64,000 bases of DNA, from positions 1-64,000 of the forward strand of contig CAVSUE010000002.1 of NCBI GenBank assembly GCA_963731265.1, written 5' to 3'. The DNA is from an uncultured Verrucomicrobiae bacterium (lineage in GTDB: Bacteria; Chlamydiota; Chlamydiia; Chlamydiales; Rhabdochlamydiaceae). The first letter of the stretch is position 1; each line of letters begins with the position of its first letter. The position numbers were made by a program, and so were the translations under genes. Positions 18,410 through 27,824 of this stretch are shown in pieces. The notes under the pieces are model-generated. The model saw nothing but the letters and a program-made list of their open reading frames with translations, was not told the DNA's origin and did no database searches.

Positions 18410-20365
18410 ATGTTTTTTCGAAAAATCGGTATATGCTTAATTTTTGCAATCCTCTTTACCTGTTTAGAGGCCAAACCCCCAGAGCTTTCTGCAAGGGATG
18501 CGAAAGTTAAAATCGAAGAAATTTTGAAAGCGCATGTCTGCCATCAGAAATTAAATGAGGAAATCGTCGAGAGGGCGATTCAAAATTATCTCGAAGAGCT
18601 AGATCCCGGAAAAACTTACTTTCTCGAATCCGACATCTCATTCTGGCAAAACCCCGCTGCAGACCTCGTGGACCACACGCTTCAAGGGTATAAAAAAGAA
18701 GATTTTTCGGAGTTCGAGAAGATCCACGAAGCGATGCTCGCCGCCATCGAACGCCGTAATATTTTAGAGAAAAAGATCGAAAATGCCCCGCTTCTTAAAG
18801 GCGTTCAACCCTCTGAATTTAAGGAGATTAAATGGGCGAAAAGCGAAGACGAACTGACTGAGCGCCTGTTGAAAATCAAATCGCTGCAATTGCAAACAGC
18901 TGAGAAGATCAACCCTGAAACCAAAGAGCAATTTTTCCAACGATTATCCAAACGGCGAATAAGCCGAGAGTTGGAGCTGGCCGGAAATTCAAAATCAGAA
19001 AGAAAGCAACTCATTCTATCTTATATTCTTAAAGCTACAAGTTCCGCTTTAGACTCTCAGACCATCTATTTTACTCCCTCTGAAGCTAATCAATTCATGA
19101 TACAGGTCCAACAAAGACTGTTCGGCATCGGCGCTCAACTTAGAGACGATTTGAATGGATTTACCATCGTACGCCTTGTCGAGGGGAGCCCTGCGAGCCA
19201 AGCGAACAAACTTAAAGTCGGCGATAGGATTATCGCAGTCGATCAAGAACCCGTCGTCGGGATGGACATTGTCGAAGCTGTTGAATTGATCCGCGGCCCT
19301 CAAGGATCCAACGTCATTTTAACTCTTCTTCGAGAAAGCAAAGATGGCGATCAGACGAAAGAAGAAAAGATAAACATAGATATCATCCGTGGCGAGATCG
19401 TGTTAAAAGAGACCCGCTTAGAAACCACTTACGAACCGTATGGCGATGGAATTGTTGCGATTTTGCACCTCTTTTCTTTTTATCAAGATTCGAACACCTC
19501 TTCTGCTCTGGACATTTCTGCAGCCATCGAGAACTTAAAAAAAGAGCACAATGTCAAAGGAGTGATTCTCGACCTAAGAAATAATGCAGGCGGCCTTCTT
19601 CCTCAAGCCGTTTCCGTCACGGGGCTGTTTATTTCCAAAGGCATTGTCGTCTCTGTGAAGGATAACACAGGCCAAACTCAACATTTGCGCAATGTGGAAA
19701 ACGGTAAAATCTGGGACGGGCCGTTGATCGTTTTGACCTCCCGCACAAGCGCTTCCGCAGCAGAAATTGTCGCGCAAACGCTTCAAGATTACGGGCGCGC
19801 CATTGTTATTGGCGATCCGGAAACCTTTGGAAAAGGAACTTTTCAAACATTCACTCTGGAAAGCGCCAATTTCGGAAAAGTCAATCCAAAGGGAGAATAT
19901 AAAGTTACTCGTGGAAGATATTATACCGTTTCGGGAAAAAGCCCGCAGCTTGTTGGGGTTAAAGCGGACATCATTGTACCTGGCGTATTCTCGGGAATGG
20001 AAATCGGTGAAAGATATGCCAAATTCCCTGTAGGAACAGATGAAATCGCGCCTAATTTTGTTGACAATCTCTCCGACGTCCCTGCCATTCATCGCGGGCA
20101 TTTAAAGAAGATTTACAACGACAATATGCAAACAGTCATGATGACTTATCAGCCTTACATGGAAGTCCTAAAGAAAAATTCTCAAGAACGGATTGCCCAA
20201 AATAAGAACTATCAAAACTTGCTCAAAGAGATTGAAAAGAAAGAGGATTTTATCGAGTCCACTGACTTTGTCGGACAGAATGATCTGCAGTTGATCGAAA
20301 CGAGCAGTATTATGAAGGATCTGATCTACTTCATGCAAAAAGCAGAGGAACAAAAAGCTGCTTAG
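18410..20365 (+). CDS. tsp: Tail-specific (S41/Prc) protease with PDZ domain
   Basis: Signal peptide, FGIGAQL, PDZ segment, LDLRNNAGG, SASAAEIVAQTLQDYGRA, TFGKGT. Confidence 0.92.
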   Translation: MFFRKIGICLIFAILFTCLEAKPPELSARDAKVKIEEILKAHVCHQKLNEEIVERAIQNYLEELDPGKTYFLESDISFWQNPAADLVDHTLQGYKKEDFSEFEKIHEAMLAAIERRNILEKKIENAPLLKGVQPSEFKEIKWAKSEDELTERLLKIKSLQLQTAEKINPETKEQFFQRLSKRRISRELELAGNSKSERKQLILSYILKATSSALDSQTIYFTPSEANQFMIQVQQRLFGIGAQLRDDLNGFTIVRLVEGSPASQANKLKVGDRIIAVDQEPVVGMDIVEAVELIRGPQGSNVILTLLRESKDGDQTKEEKINIDIIRGEIVLKETRLETTYEPYGDGIVAILHLFSFYQDSNTSSALDISAAIENLKKEHNVKGVILDLRNNAGGLLPQAVSVTGLFISKGIVVSVKDNTGQTQHLRNVENGKIWDGPLIVLTSRTSASAAEIVAQTLQDYGRAIVIGDPETFGKGTFQTFTLESANFGKVNPKGEYKVTRGRYYTVSGKSPQLVGVKADIIVPGVFSGMEIGERYAKFPVGTDEIAPNFVDNLSDVPAIHRGHLKKIYNDNMQTVMMTYQPYMEVLKKNSQERIAQNKNYQNLLKEIEKKEDFIESTDFVGQNDLQLIETSSIMKDLIYFMQKAEEQKAA

Positions 20366-20480
20366 ACTTATAAGTTACTAAAAATCAATTACTTGCACAT
20401 CACCCATCCTCTTCTTGCTTTCTAAGCTATAAACAGGAAAAATCATTGGTTCTCTATTATTAAAAGGGCTTATTTCACCT

Positions 20481-21980
20481 ATGAATAAAGTACGCGTTAG
20501 AATCGCCCCTTCCCCTACAGGCGACCCCCACGTCGGAACCGCCTATATCGCCTTGTTCAATTTAATTTTCGCGAGGCGTTTTGGAGGGCAGTTTATTCTT
20601 CGTATAGAGGACACCGACCGTACGCGTTCGCGTCCGGAATATGAGGCCAGCATTTTTGAAGCGCTGAAATGGGCGGGCATTCAATGGGATGAAGGTCCCG
20701 ATATCGGCGGTCCCTTTGGCCCTTATCGGCAATCTGAACGTACGGAAATCTATCGCAAACACTGTCAAATGCTTCTAGACACCGGGAAGGCTTATAAATG
20801 TTTTGCAACGCCTGAAGAGCTTGCAGAAATGCGGGAAATGGCGTCAAAACTGGGGCAAAAAGTGGGCTACGACCGACGCTATCGCAACCTGACCCCGCAA
20901 GAGGTTGCTGAGAGAGAGAAAGCAGGACAGCATTGGGTCATTCGCCTCAAAGTCCCTTTAACCGGAGAATGCGCTTTTGAAGACGGCATTAAAGGACTCA
21001 TCACCTGTCCTTGGGCGGACATAGACGACCAAGTGCTATTAAAGTCCGACGGATTTCCGACATACCATCTCGCCAATGTCGTTGACGATCATTTAATGGA
21101 GATCACGCATGTCATCCGCGGAGATGAATGGATCAGTTCCACACCCAAACATATCATGCTTTATGAAAGCTTTGGATGGAAACCTCCCGTATTCATGCAC
21201 ATGCCTCTGCTTCTCGGCAAAGACGGAAGGAAGCTCTCTAAACGGCGAAATCCGACATCGATCTTTTATTATCGCGATAGCGGTTACCTTCGCGAAGCTT
21301 TTATTAATTTTCTCACTCTCATGGGCTATAGCATGCCCGGCGATAAGGAAATTTATCCTCTTGATGAAATTATCCGCGAATTCGACCCTAAACGCATCGG
21401 TGTTTCCGGAGCATATTTTGATGTTCTGAAACTGGATTGGATCAATCAGCAGTATCTTATCAACTCCATATCCGAAGACAAACTCTGGGAACGAATGAAA
21501 GAGTGGATCTATAATGACAGCTTTATGAAGAGATTGATGCCGCTATGCCATACTCGCATCAAAACATTCGGCGAGTTCATGGAGCTTTGCTATTTTTTCT
21601 TCGTCAACCATCTTGTGTACACCGATGAGCTGCTCTGCCCTGCGCAGCAACCGAAAGAAAAAATGGCGATGATCCTGCAAGCAATCATTTGGAGCATGGA
21701 TGAACAGGAGAATTGGAAACGCCCCGGAATTGAAAAGGCAACACATGATGCTGCGGAAGCATTCGGAGTTGTTTTAAAAAAAGTGATAATTCCCGTTCTG
21801 TACGGCTCACTGACCGGTAGAAAACACGGCCCGCCGCTTTATGATTCCGTTGAGATTTTAGGCAAAGACCGCGCGCGCGCGCGGCTTTTAAATGCGATTG
21901 AATTTCTGGGAGGGATTTCCAATAAAAAGATGGACGCTCTAACCAAAGGATGGCAAAAAAAAGATTGTAAAGAGATTTAG
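20481..21980 (+). CDS. gltX: Glutamate--tRNA ligase
   Basis: [25 protein letters not shown]. Confidence 0.97.
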   Translation: MNKVRVRIAPSPTGDPHVGTAYIALFNLIFARRFGGQFILRIEDTDRTRSRPEYEASIFEALKWAGIQWDEGPDIGGPFGPYRQSERTEIYRKHCQMLLDTGKAYKCFATPEELAEMREMASKLGQKVGYDRRYRNLTPQEVAEREKAGQHWVIRLKVPLTGECAFEDGIKGLITCPWADIDDQVLLKSDGFPTYHLANVVDDHLMEITHVIRGDEWISSTPKHIMLYESFGWKPPVFMHMPLLLGKDGRKLSKRRNPTSIFYYRDSGYLREAFINFLTLMGYSMPGDKEIYPLDEIIREFDPKRIGVSGAYFDVLKLDWINQQYLINSISEDKLWERMKEWIYNDSFMKRLMPLCHTRIKTFGEFMELCYFFFVNHLVYTDELLCPAQQPKEKMAMILQAIIWSMDEQENWKRPGIEKATHDAAEAFGVVLKKVIIPVLYGSLTGRKHGPPLYDSVEILGKDRARARLLNAIEFLGGISNKKMDALTKGWQKKDCKEI

Positions 21981-22133
21981 AGTCTGTCTACGGATTTTGA
22001 TTTTCGATGATTTTTCCTTTAGGATCTAATTCGACGCCGCAGTACATAGTTAAATTAACTAGAACAAGGCGCCAAATTAGATCCTAAAGGAAAAGGCGCG
22101 AAAAGCGATTAGCAAAAATACGCGGACAGGCTA
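21978..22133. mobile_element. Palindromic MITE (TAGAG(T/C)CTGTC family) starting at the gltX stop codon
   Basis: Ends TAGAGTCTGTCTACGGATTTT / AAAATACGCGGACAGGCTA; perfect 20-bp internal IR TTTTCCTTTAGGATCTAATT / AATTAGATCCTAAAGGAAAA; homologous copy at 42246-42547. Confidence 0.75.
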
Positions 22134-22138
22134 CTGGT

Positions 22139-22273
22139 CTATCTTTTTTCGCTCTGTTCATCAACAGCTGCATTCTCGGTATCCGAAATAATGTAAGAGC
22201 GATGAGAGCCCCCGCTGACGCAGGCAGTCAAGAAGAGAAGGCATACAATAATAAGAGACGATCTGAATTTCAT
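22139..22273 (-). CDS. Small (44 aa) putative lipoprotein, not in the ORF track
   Basis: MKFRSSLIIVCLLFLTACVSGGSHRSYIISDTENAAVDEQSEKR*; basic N-region, hydrophobic core and lipobox LTA-C. Confidence 0.65.
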   Translation of the reverse strand: MKFRSSLIIVCLLFLTACVSGGSHRSYIISDTENAAVDEQSEKR

Positions 22274-22320
22274 AGAATTTTGTCTTTGCCTCTTTATTAC
22301 AATTTTTTTTAAAACTGTCT

Positions 22321-23487
22321 ATGAAAAATTCTGAATCACCGCCTGATACGATCGACCGCCATCATCCCGTCAACGCTTTCATCAAGGAACGGTTTCCCTT
22401 GACGAAGACCGGTTCGACAAAGCAAACCTATCACATTTCTCTCGATCTCAATCAGATGCCGATCCGTTTTAAAGTCGGCGATTCCATTGGAATCTATGCG
22501 CAAAACGACCCTCGCCTTGTTCAGCACCTCATCGAAGCGATGAAAGCGAAAGGGGATGACCAAATTAAGGATCCGCGCAGCGGCGCTCCCTTAACGCTTT
22601 GGGATTTTTTAAGTTTTAAAGCGAATCTATCCCGCCTTACAAGTTCTTTTCTCAAGCTCTTTTATGAATATGAAAATGTGCACGATAAAAAAAATCACCT
22701 TCATCTTCTTTTACAGCAAGAAAATAAACCTTTGCTTTCCCAATACCTAAGCACACGTGACCCTCTCGATCTCTTTAAAGAGTACAACGAAGTAGAAGCC
22801 CCCCTTCAAGATCTATGCGCACAATTCGGCCCCTTGCTTCCACGTTTTTATTCCGTCGCCTCCTCTCAGCTCGTTTATAACAATGAAGTACATCTGACGG
22901 TTGCCCTCTTTACCTTCACCCATCACGGAGAGCAACGCTATGGCGTCGGCAGCCATTTTCTTTGCAGCCTGGCCTCTATCGTTGAGACACCCGTCCCCAT
23001 CTATGTTCAACCAGCGCATTACTTTACGCTCCCATCGGATGATCACGCGCCGATCATCATGATAGGTCCAGGAACAGGCGTCGCCCCTTACCGCGGATTT
23101 ATGCAGGAAAGAATGGCTAAAGGCGCAAAAGGAAAAAACTGGCTTTTTTTCGGCGAACGAAATCGCAAATCCGATTATTTCTACGAAGACGATTGGTCCG
23201 ATTGGGTCTCGCAGGGGCATTTGAAAGTCGATTTGGCATTCTCACGCGACCAATCGGATAAAATCTACGTCCAGCACAGAATGCTCGATCATGCAAAAGA
23301 ACTGTGGTCTTGGCTCGAAGAAGGCGCTTACTTCTATGTCTGTGGAGACGCGCACCGCATGGCCAAAGATGTCGAGAGTATGCTACAGAGAATCGCCCAA
23401 GAACAAGGAGGGATGAGCGAAGAGGCTGCCAAGGCTTACATCAAAAATCTTCGTTCTCAGAAGAGATATCGGACGGATGTGTATTAA
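22321..23487 (+). CDS. cysJ: CysJ-like FAD/NADPH oxidoreductase lacking the flavodoxin domain
   Basis: LPRFYSVASS, GVGSHFL, MIGPGTGVAPYRGF, YVCGDAHRMAKDV, RYRTDVY. Confidence 0.85.
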   Translation: MKNSESPPDTIDRHHPVNAFIKERFPLTKTGSTKQTYHISLDLNQMPIRFKVGDSIGIYAQNDPRLVQHLIEAMKAKGDDQIKDPRSGAPLTLWDFLSFKANLSRLTSSFLKLFYEYENVHDKKNHLHLLLQQENKPLLSQYLSTRDPLDLFKEYNEVEAPLQDLCAQFGPLLPRFYSVASSQLVYNNEVHLTVALFTFTHHGEQRYGVGSHFLCSLASIVETPVPIYVQPAHYFTLPSDDHAPIIMIGPGTGVAPYRGFMQERMAKGAKGKNWLFFGERNRKSDYFYEDDWSDWVSQGHLKVDLAFSRDQSDKIYVQHRMLDHAKELWSWLEEGAYFYVCGDAHRMAKDVESMLQRIAQEQGGMSEEAAKAYIKNLRSQKRYRTDVY

Positions 23488-23614
23488 AACATTTAATACA
23501 TTATTCATCTAAACCTCTATATTCCAATCATTAACGGTCAAATTTAGTTTAATGTTTATTGAAACATATTAATTTGTTATAATTATTATATAATTTATAA
23601 CAATAGGTTTAATT

Positions 23615-24733
23615 ATGACATCTTTATTAAGGGGAGTAAGCCACCATAGAGCAGGGACTTCCAGTCCACTTAATACACACCTCCAAAAAAGGCACACACA
23701 CAACACGAAAAGTTATGAATATATTCAACAATTTGTTAAAGATCAGAAGCATTTTAATCAGCTCGAAAACCTAGCAAAACATACAAATCTTATTGATTTT
23801 CCAAAAACTGTGACCACGCTTCTTAAAGCTGAATCGGCTTTTACCGATCAGGGTCTGGTCGCAGCCGTTCATGCGACGCCCGCAGCATTCACTCCTGCGA
23901 TACATATAGCAACCAAATGCGAACTGGTCAAAAACAAAAGCACTGTTCATAAGGATATCAGCACTTTCGCTGTACTAAGGGATCCTGGCAGTCTTTCTGA
24001 TCATTATACCCAAATGATGCACATCCTTCAGGCCTTGAATGATCCCACCAATCCCTACCCCGATCATTTACCATTAATGAGCGATCGAGTGCTTTCTATG
24101 AATTATGGCCTTTTAACAAATATCGAAATGGGCGAATCCGCTTTTTATTTCGGATTTAGAAATTGGTCTGGAAAAGGAGGCGCTGACCCCGATTTTGCAA
24201 TAAATAAAGCCAAAACGATGACAGAAAAGACTTTGAAGCACTACGGGTATTCCGAACAGAATATTAAAGATATTCTTGATTCTACGGAATTCAATAAGCT
24301 GCTGGCAGACTTCCATTCATTGAGGACTGGTAACCTTCTTGCTTTTGGAATCCCTAGAGAAATTGCCCAAAAACATCTCTACGACAGCCGTCGTTATGGG
24401 GTTCCTACTGGCGACGATGTTCTGAAAGTTTATGATGGGACTGAAGGGAGAAACCGCATCACTGAACATCAGGCTCGTTTAGTCTTATCAAAAGAAACTA
24501 TGCACCCTGATTCGGGAATCGTTGTGCTTTCAGCTTTGGACGAACAGGATGCAGTTGACCCTTATTTAATGAAAAACAAGGAAAAAGCTTTTATTCCTCC
24601 CTTCGAACACAAAGAATTCAGCGCTATTCTTCCAGTAGCAAGTACGCCTATTGAAAAAGAGGAAATAGAAAAACGCAAGGCTTTGTTAGGCAGATCGCGC
24701 GTCTTCGCTGGATCTGTTGCCGCAATGCTCTAA
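23615..24733 (+). CDS. Hypothetical protein, candidate secreted effector
   Basis: 372-aa ORF preceded by a very AT-rich region; basic, Ser/His-rich N-terminus with no acidic residues; no recognised family. Confidence 0.75.
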   Translation: MTSLLRGVSHHRAGTSSPLNTHLQKRHTHNTKSYEYIQQFVKDQKHFNQLENLAKHTNLIDFPKTVTTLLKAESAFTDQGLVAAVHATPAAFTPAIHIATKCELVKNKSTVHKDISTFAVLRDPGSLSDHYTQMMHILQALNDPTNPYPDHLPLMSDRVLSMNYGLLTNIEMGESAFYFGFRNWSGKGGADPDFAINKAKTMTEKTLKHYGYSEQNIKDILDSTEFNKLLADFHSLRTGNLLAFGIPREIAQKHLYDSRRYGVPTGDDVLKVYDGTEGRNRITEHQARLVLSKETMHPDSGIVVLSALDEQDAVDPYLMKNKEKAFIPPFEHKEFSAILPVASTPIEKEEIEKRKALLGRSRVFAGSVAAML

Positions 24734-25423
24734 TTATAGATCTTCCTTTCCAGGAGTTCTATGCTGAAAAGGGGAAAATTCATTTGCCTCATTAAAAAAA
24801 GCAAATGTCCGATCGGATAAATCCGGTTGTCTGGTCGTGGAATTGATTTCCGGTCGAAATATAGCGGATGCATTGGCATCGATTGTTAGGACCACGGTGT
24901 TATTCTTATAAATCTCTAGAATATGATTAGAAAGCCGTTCGATATTTACTTCATCTAAGGGGATATTTTGCATCTGATATCCCCATATCTTCTTTGCAGC
25001 CCTCAAGTCAGGTTCAAGTTCTTTAAGAGCATCAAAATCGGGTTTCAGAAAGATCTTTGCCGTCGTGAACGCAGCGCTCGGATTCGTTGATCCGCATGCC
25101 GGAAGGACAGTTTTATGCATACTAATGGACTTCAATAATTTGCGAATGTTAAATGGATTCAACCCTTCTCTTGGGAGGGTGAGATTAGAAATCAGGTCGC
25201 CCTCTTTTTCAAATCGGGAACTTAAAGCATCTATTTCCTGGGCGACATCTCTACAATTTTCCAAGGAATGATCGGACCGAGTTTGCGTTGAGTATAGACG
25301 ATGGAGGGAAAACTGTTGAACTTTGAGGATAGCATCTCTTTTTAGGTTTGGTGAAGTTGGCCGCAAACGGTGATGTCTTACTCCATTTGTACAAATCCAT
25401 GCTTTTAATACAGAAAGACTCAT
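24734..25423 (-). CDS. Hypothetical protein, candidate secreted effector
   Basis: Likely start at ATG 25423 (MSLSVLKAW...); promoter-like element upstream; Arg-rich N-terminus with RLYST. Confidence 0.7.
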   Translation of the reverse strand: MSLSVLKAWICTNGVRHHRLRPTSPNLKRDAILKVQQFSLHRLYSTQTRSDHSLENCRDVAQEIDALSSRFEKEGDLISNLTLPREGLNPFNIRKLLKSISMHKTVLPACGSTNPSAAFTTAKIFLKPDFDALKELEPDLRAAKKIWGYQMQNIPLDEVNIERLSNHILEIYKNNTVVLTIDANASAIFRPEINSTTRQPDLSDRTFAFFNEANEFSPFQHRTPGKEDL

Positions 25424-25455
25424 TTTAAAACCCAATTTCTTAATTAAACCTAACT

Positions 25456-25483
25456 ATAATACCAGAGTTTATTAATTAGTCAA
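25456..25483 (-). promoter_or_regulatory. Putative sigma66/sigma70 promoter for 24734-25423
   Basis: Minus strand TTGACT-16 nt-TATTAT. Confidence 0.4.
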
Positions 25484-25524
25484 GAACGGGAAGAAAAAAA
25501 AAATATTAATGTTAATAATTATTT

Positions 25525-26634
25525 TTAAACGCTCGTCTTTAAACGGGATTCTTTCTCATGCCGCTCGATAGCAAGAGCAATAAGCCGATCAAGGAGCTCG
25601 CTGTATGGCAGGCCGCTGGCAACCCAGAGCTTGGGATACATGCTGATCTTTGTAAAACCAGGAATTGTATTGATCTCATTGACTACGAGCTCACCGTTCT
25701 CTTTCAAGAATAAGTCGACGCGCGCCATCCCTTCGCAGCAAAGCACTCGGCAAGCGTCGACGGCCATTTGCTGGATTTTTTCTCTAAGGGGTTCGGGTAG
25801 TTCAACGGGCGTTTTGTAATTAGCGCCCTGCATATCGAGGTATTTCGCTTCGTAGGAATAAAACTCGTGATTGGGGACGACGATCTCTCCCGGCAAAGAG
25901 GCAATGGGGTTGTCGTTGCCCAACACAGAACAGACAATTTCTCTTCCTGGAACAAATTCTTCGATCAAAATTTTTCGGTCGTAGAGAAAAGCAGCGTCTA
26001 TTGCCTCATCGAAATCCTCTTTATTTTTTACCTTGGAAATACCTACCGAAGATCCGAGATTGGCCGGTTTTACAAAAAAGGGAAGGCCGACCTCTTTGAC
26101 AAAATTTTCGAAGGTGAATTGATGACGATTATATTCATGTAAGGTTAAAAAATGGGCTATGGGAATTTTAGCATCACGAAGGAGCCGTTTCATCACATCT
26201 TTGTCCATGCCGACGGCAGATCCAAGGACGCCGGCCCCGACAAAAGGGATGTTTGCCAATTTCAGGAGCCCTTGAACAGTGCCGTCTTCCCCATAAGGGC
26301 CATGAAGAACGGGAAAGATCACATCTAATTGAAGGGACTCTTGCAACTGGTTGCCGGAATAGCTCACGATCTCTTTTCTATCCCGTTTGGGGACTAAAGC
26401 GAGATTTTCTTTTGCCTCCTTCAATCGGACAAGCTTAGGGTTATCGGCATTCACCAAATAAGAGTAAGCGTCGCGCAGTCGCCATTCCCCTGTTTTGTCG
26501 ATTCCGATTAAAAAAACATCGTATTTCTGCTGATCGAGGGCCTCGATCACATTCCTTGCGGAAATTAAGGAAACTTCATGTTCTGCGGATTTTCCACCAA
26601 AAAGGACCCCAAGACGAATTTTTTTATTTTTCAT
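25525..26634 (-). CDS. ddl: D-alanine--D-alanine ligase (stand-alone)
   Basis: FGGKSAEHEVS, LHGPYGEDG, KPANLGSSVG, FYSYEAKY, NEINTIPGFT. Confidence 0.95.
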   Translation of the reverse strand: MKNKKIRLGVLFGGKSAEHEVSLISARNVIEALDQQKYDVFLIGIDKTGEWRLRDAYSYLVNADNPKLVRLKEAKENLALVPKRDRKEIVSYSGNQLQESLQLDVIFPVLHGPYGEDGTVQGLLKLANIPFVGAGVLGSAVGMDKDVMKRLLRDAKIPIAHFLTLHEYNRHQFTFENFVKEVGLPFFVKPANLGSSVGISKVKNKEDFDEAIDAAFLYDRKILIEEFVPGREIVCSVLGNDNPIASLPGEIVVPNHEFYSYEAKYLDMQGANYKTPVELPEPLREKIQQMAVDACRVLCCEGMARVDLFLKENGELVVNEINTIPGFTKISMYPKLWVASGLPYSELLDRLIALAIERHEKESRLKTSV

Positions 26635-26711
26635 ATTTACCTTGAATTATGAGGGGATGACGACGAATGATTCTTCAGTTATAGTCGGTTCACATCGCTT
26701 TGTCAATTTCC

Positions 26712-27785
26712 ATGCCTAAACTTCACATTGCCAATACCTTCTTCGAATGGGAACTGGAAAATGCGCCCAAAGTCAGTTTGCGCGAAGCTTTTTTACAGAA
26801 TCCGATTTTTCTTCAATTGCAATTTCTTCCCGTTGTGTATGCAGCAAATGAAGATGGCATGCTGCTTTCCGATTTGCCCGACCCCGAATATTGGGCCTCT
26901 TTGAGTAAAGACAAGATCTCCCCACCCTCTTATTTTCTGCATGAATCCAAAGAATTTTCCAAGAATCTTGAGATCGAAAGCTGGGGGGCTTCCCAACTGA
27001 TCGCAGACTGGGCGGAGTCTAAAGGATTGAACTATTCAATGCCTGACTGGCGGACGGTCAAAGAAGTGAATTCAAAGCATTATTCCTTTGAACACAGCCC
27101 TCAATTGCCTGGCGCTGAACTTCTCTTCAACGAAGCCCAGGCCAAACAGTGGCTACGTTCCTTTGCCGGCAGAAAAGTTCTGAAAACTTGCTACGGTGTT
27201 TCGGGTAAAGGGCATTTCATCATTGAAAATGCAGACGCCCAATTCGCTCGCATCGCACCATTTCTTCATGGCGAATGGAACAAGAATCTTCCTGTCATCG
27301 CGGAACCTTGGGTGGAACGCATCCTGGATTTCAGCACTCAATGGCATATAGATAAAGAGGGAAAAATTTCCTATTTAGGAGCGACAATCTGCAAAAATGA
27401 CAGTCGGGGACAATATCAGTACAATGAGGTGGGCGATGAGAGTAATTTATTTGTTCAGTACAATTCCTTTCTTTTGGAACATCAACAAAAAGCAAGACCT
27501 TTGTTATTCTTAATGGCTCGCAAAGGGTTCTTTGGCAATATAGGGATCGATGCCATGCTTTACAAGATTGGAGATGATATTCTTTTGCAGCCTGTCGTTG
27601 AAATCAATGCGCGAAAAACGATGGGTTGGGCAGCGCTCGCTTTCCAAAAACGCTATTTTCTCCATAAAAAAATCCGCATGAGTTATACACAGCGGAAAGA
27701 AGGTTTTTTGCCCAAATTTCTTGTTATAAAGCAGGGAAAAAAGGTAACCTTCCAACGCGATTTAGTGATTGAAGTTAACAAATAA
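26712..27785 (+). CDS. Hypothetical ATP-grasp-fold protein
   Basis: VLKTCYGVSGKG, IAEPWVER, GFFGNIGIDAM...VVEINARKTMG match the ATP-grasp pattern. Confidence 0.65.
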   Translation: MPKLHIANTFFEWELENAPKVSLREAFLQNPIFLQLQFLPVVYAANEDGMLLSDLPDPEYWASLSKDKISPPSYFLHESKEFSKNLEIESWGASQLIADWAESKGLNYSMPDWRTVKEVNSKHYSFEHSPQLPGAELLFNEAQAKQWLRSFAGRKVLKTCYGVSGKGHFIIENADAQFARIAPFLHGEWNKNLPVIAEPWVERILDFSTQWHIDKEGKISYLGATICKNDSRGQYQYNEVGDESNLFVQYNSFLLEHQQKARPLLFLMARKGFFGNIGIDAMLYKIGDDILLQPVVEINARKTMGWAALAFQKRYFLHKKIRMSYTQRKEGFLPKFLVIKQGKKVTFQRDLVIEVNK

Positions 27786-27824
27786 TTCTTGTACGAGAGA
27801 AGAAGGGTCAACAAACGAATCAAT

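Noticed and set aside
22321..23487. cysJ lacking the flavodoxin domain as a pseudogene
   Set aside because: The frame is intact with all FAD/NADPH motifs, and short CysJ-like proteins are normal in chlamydiae
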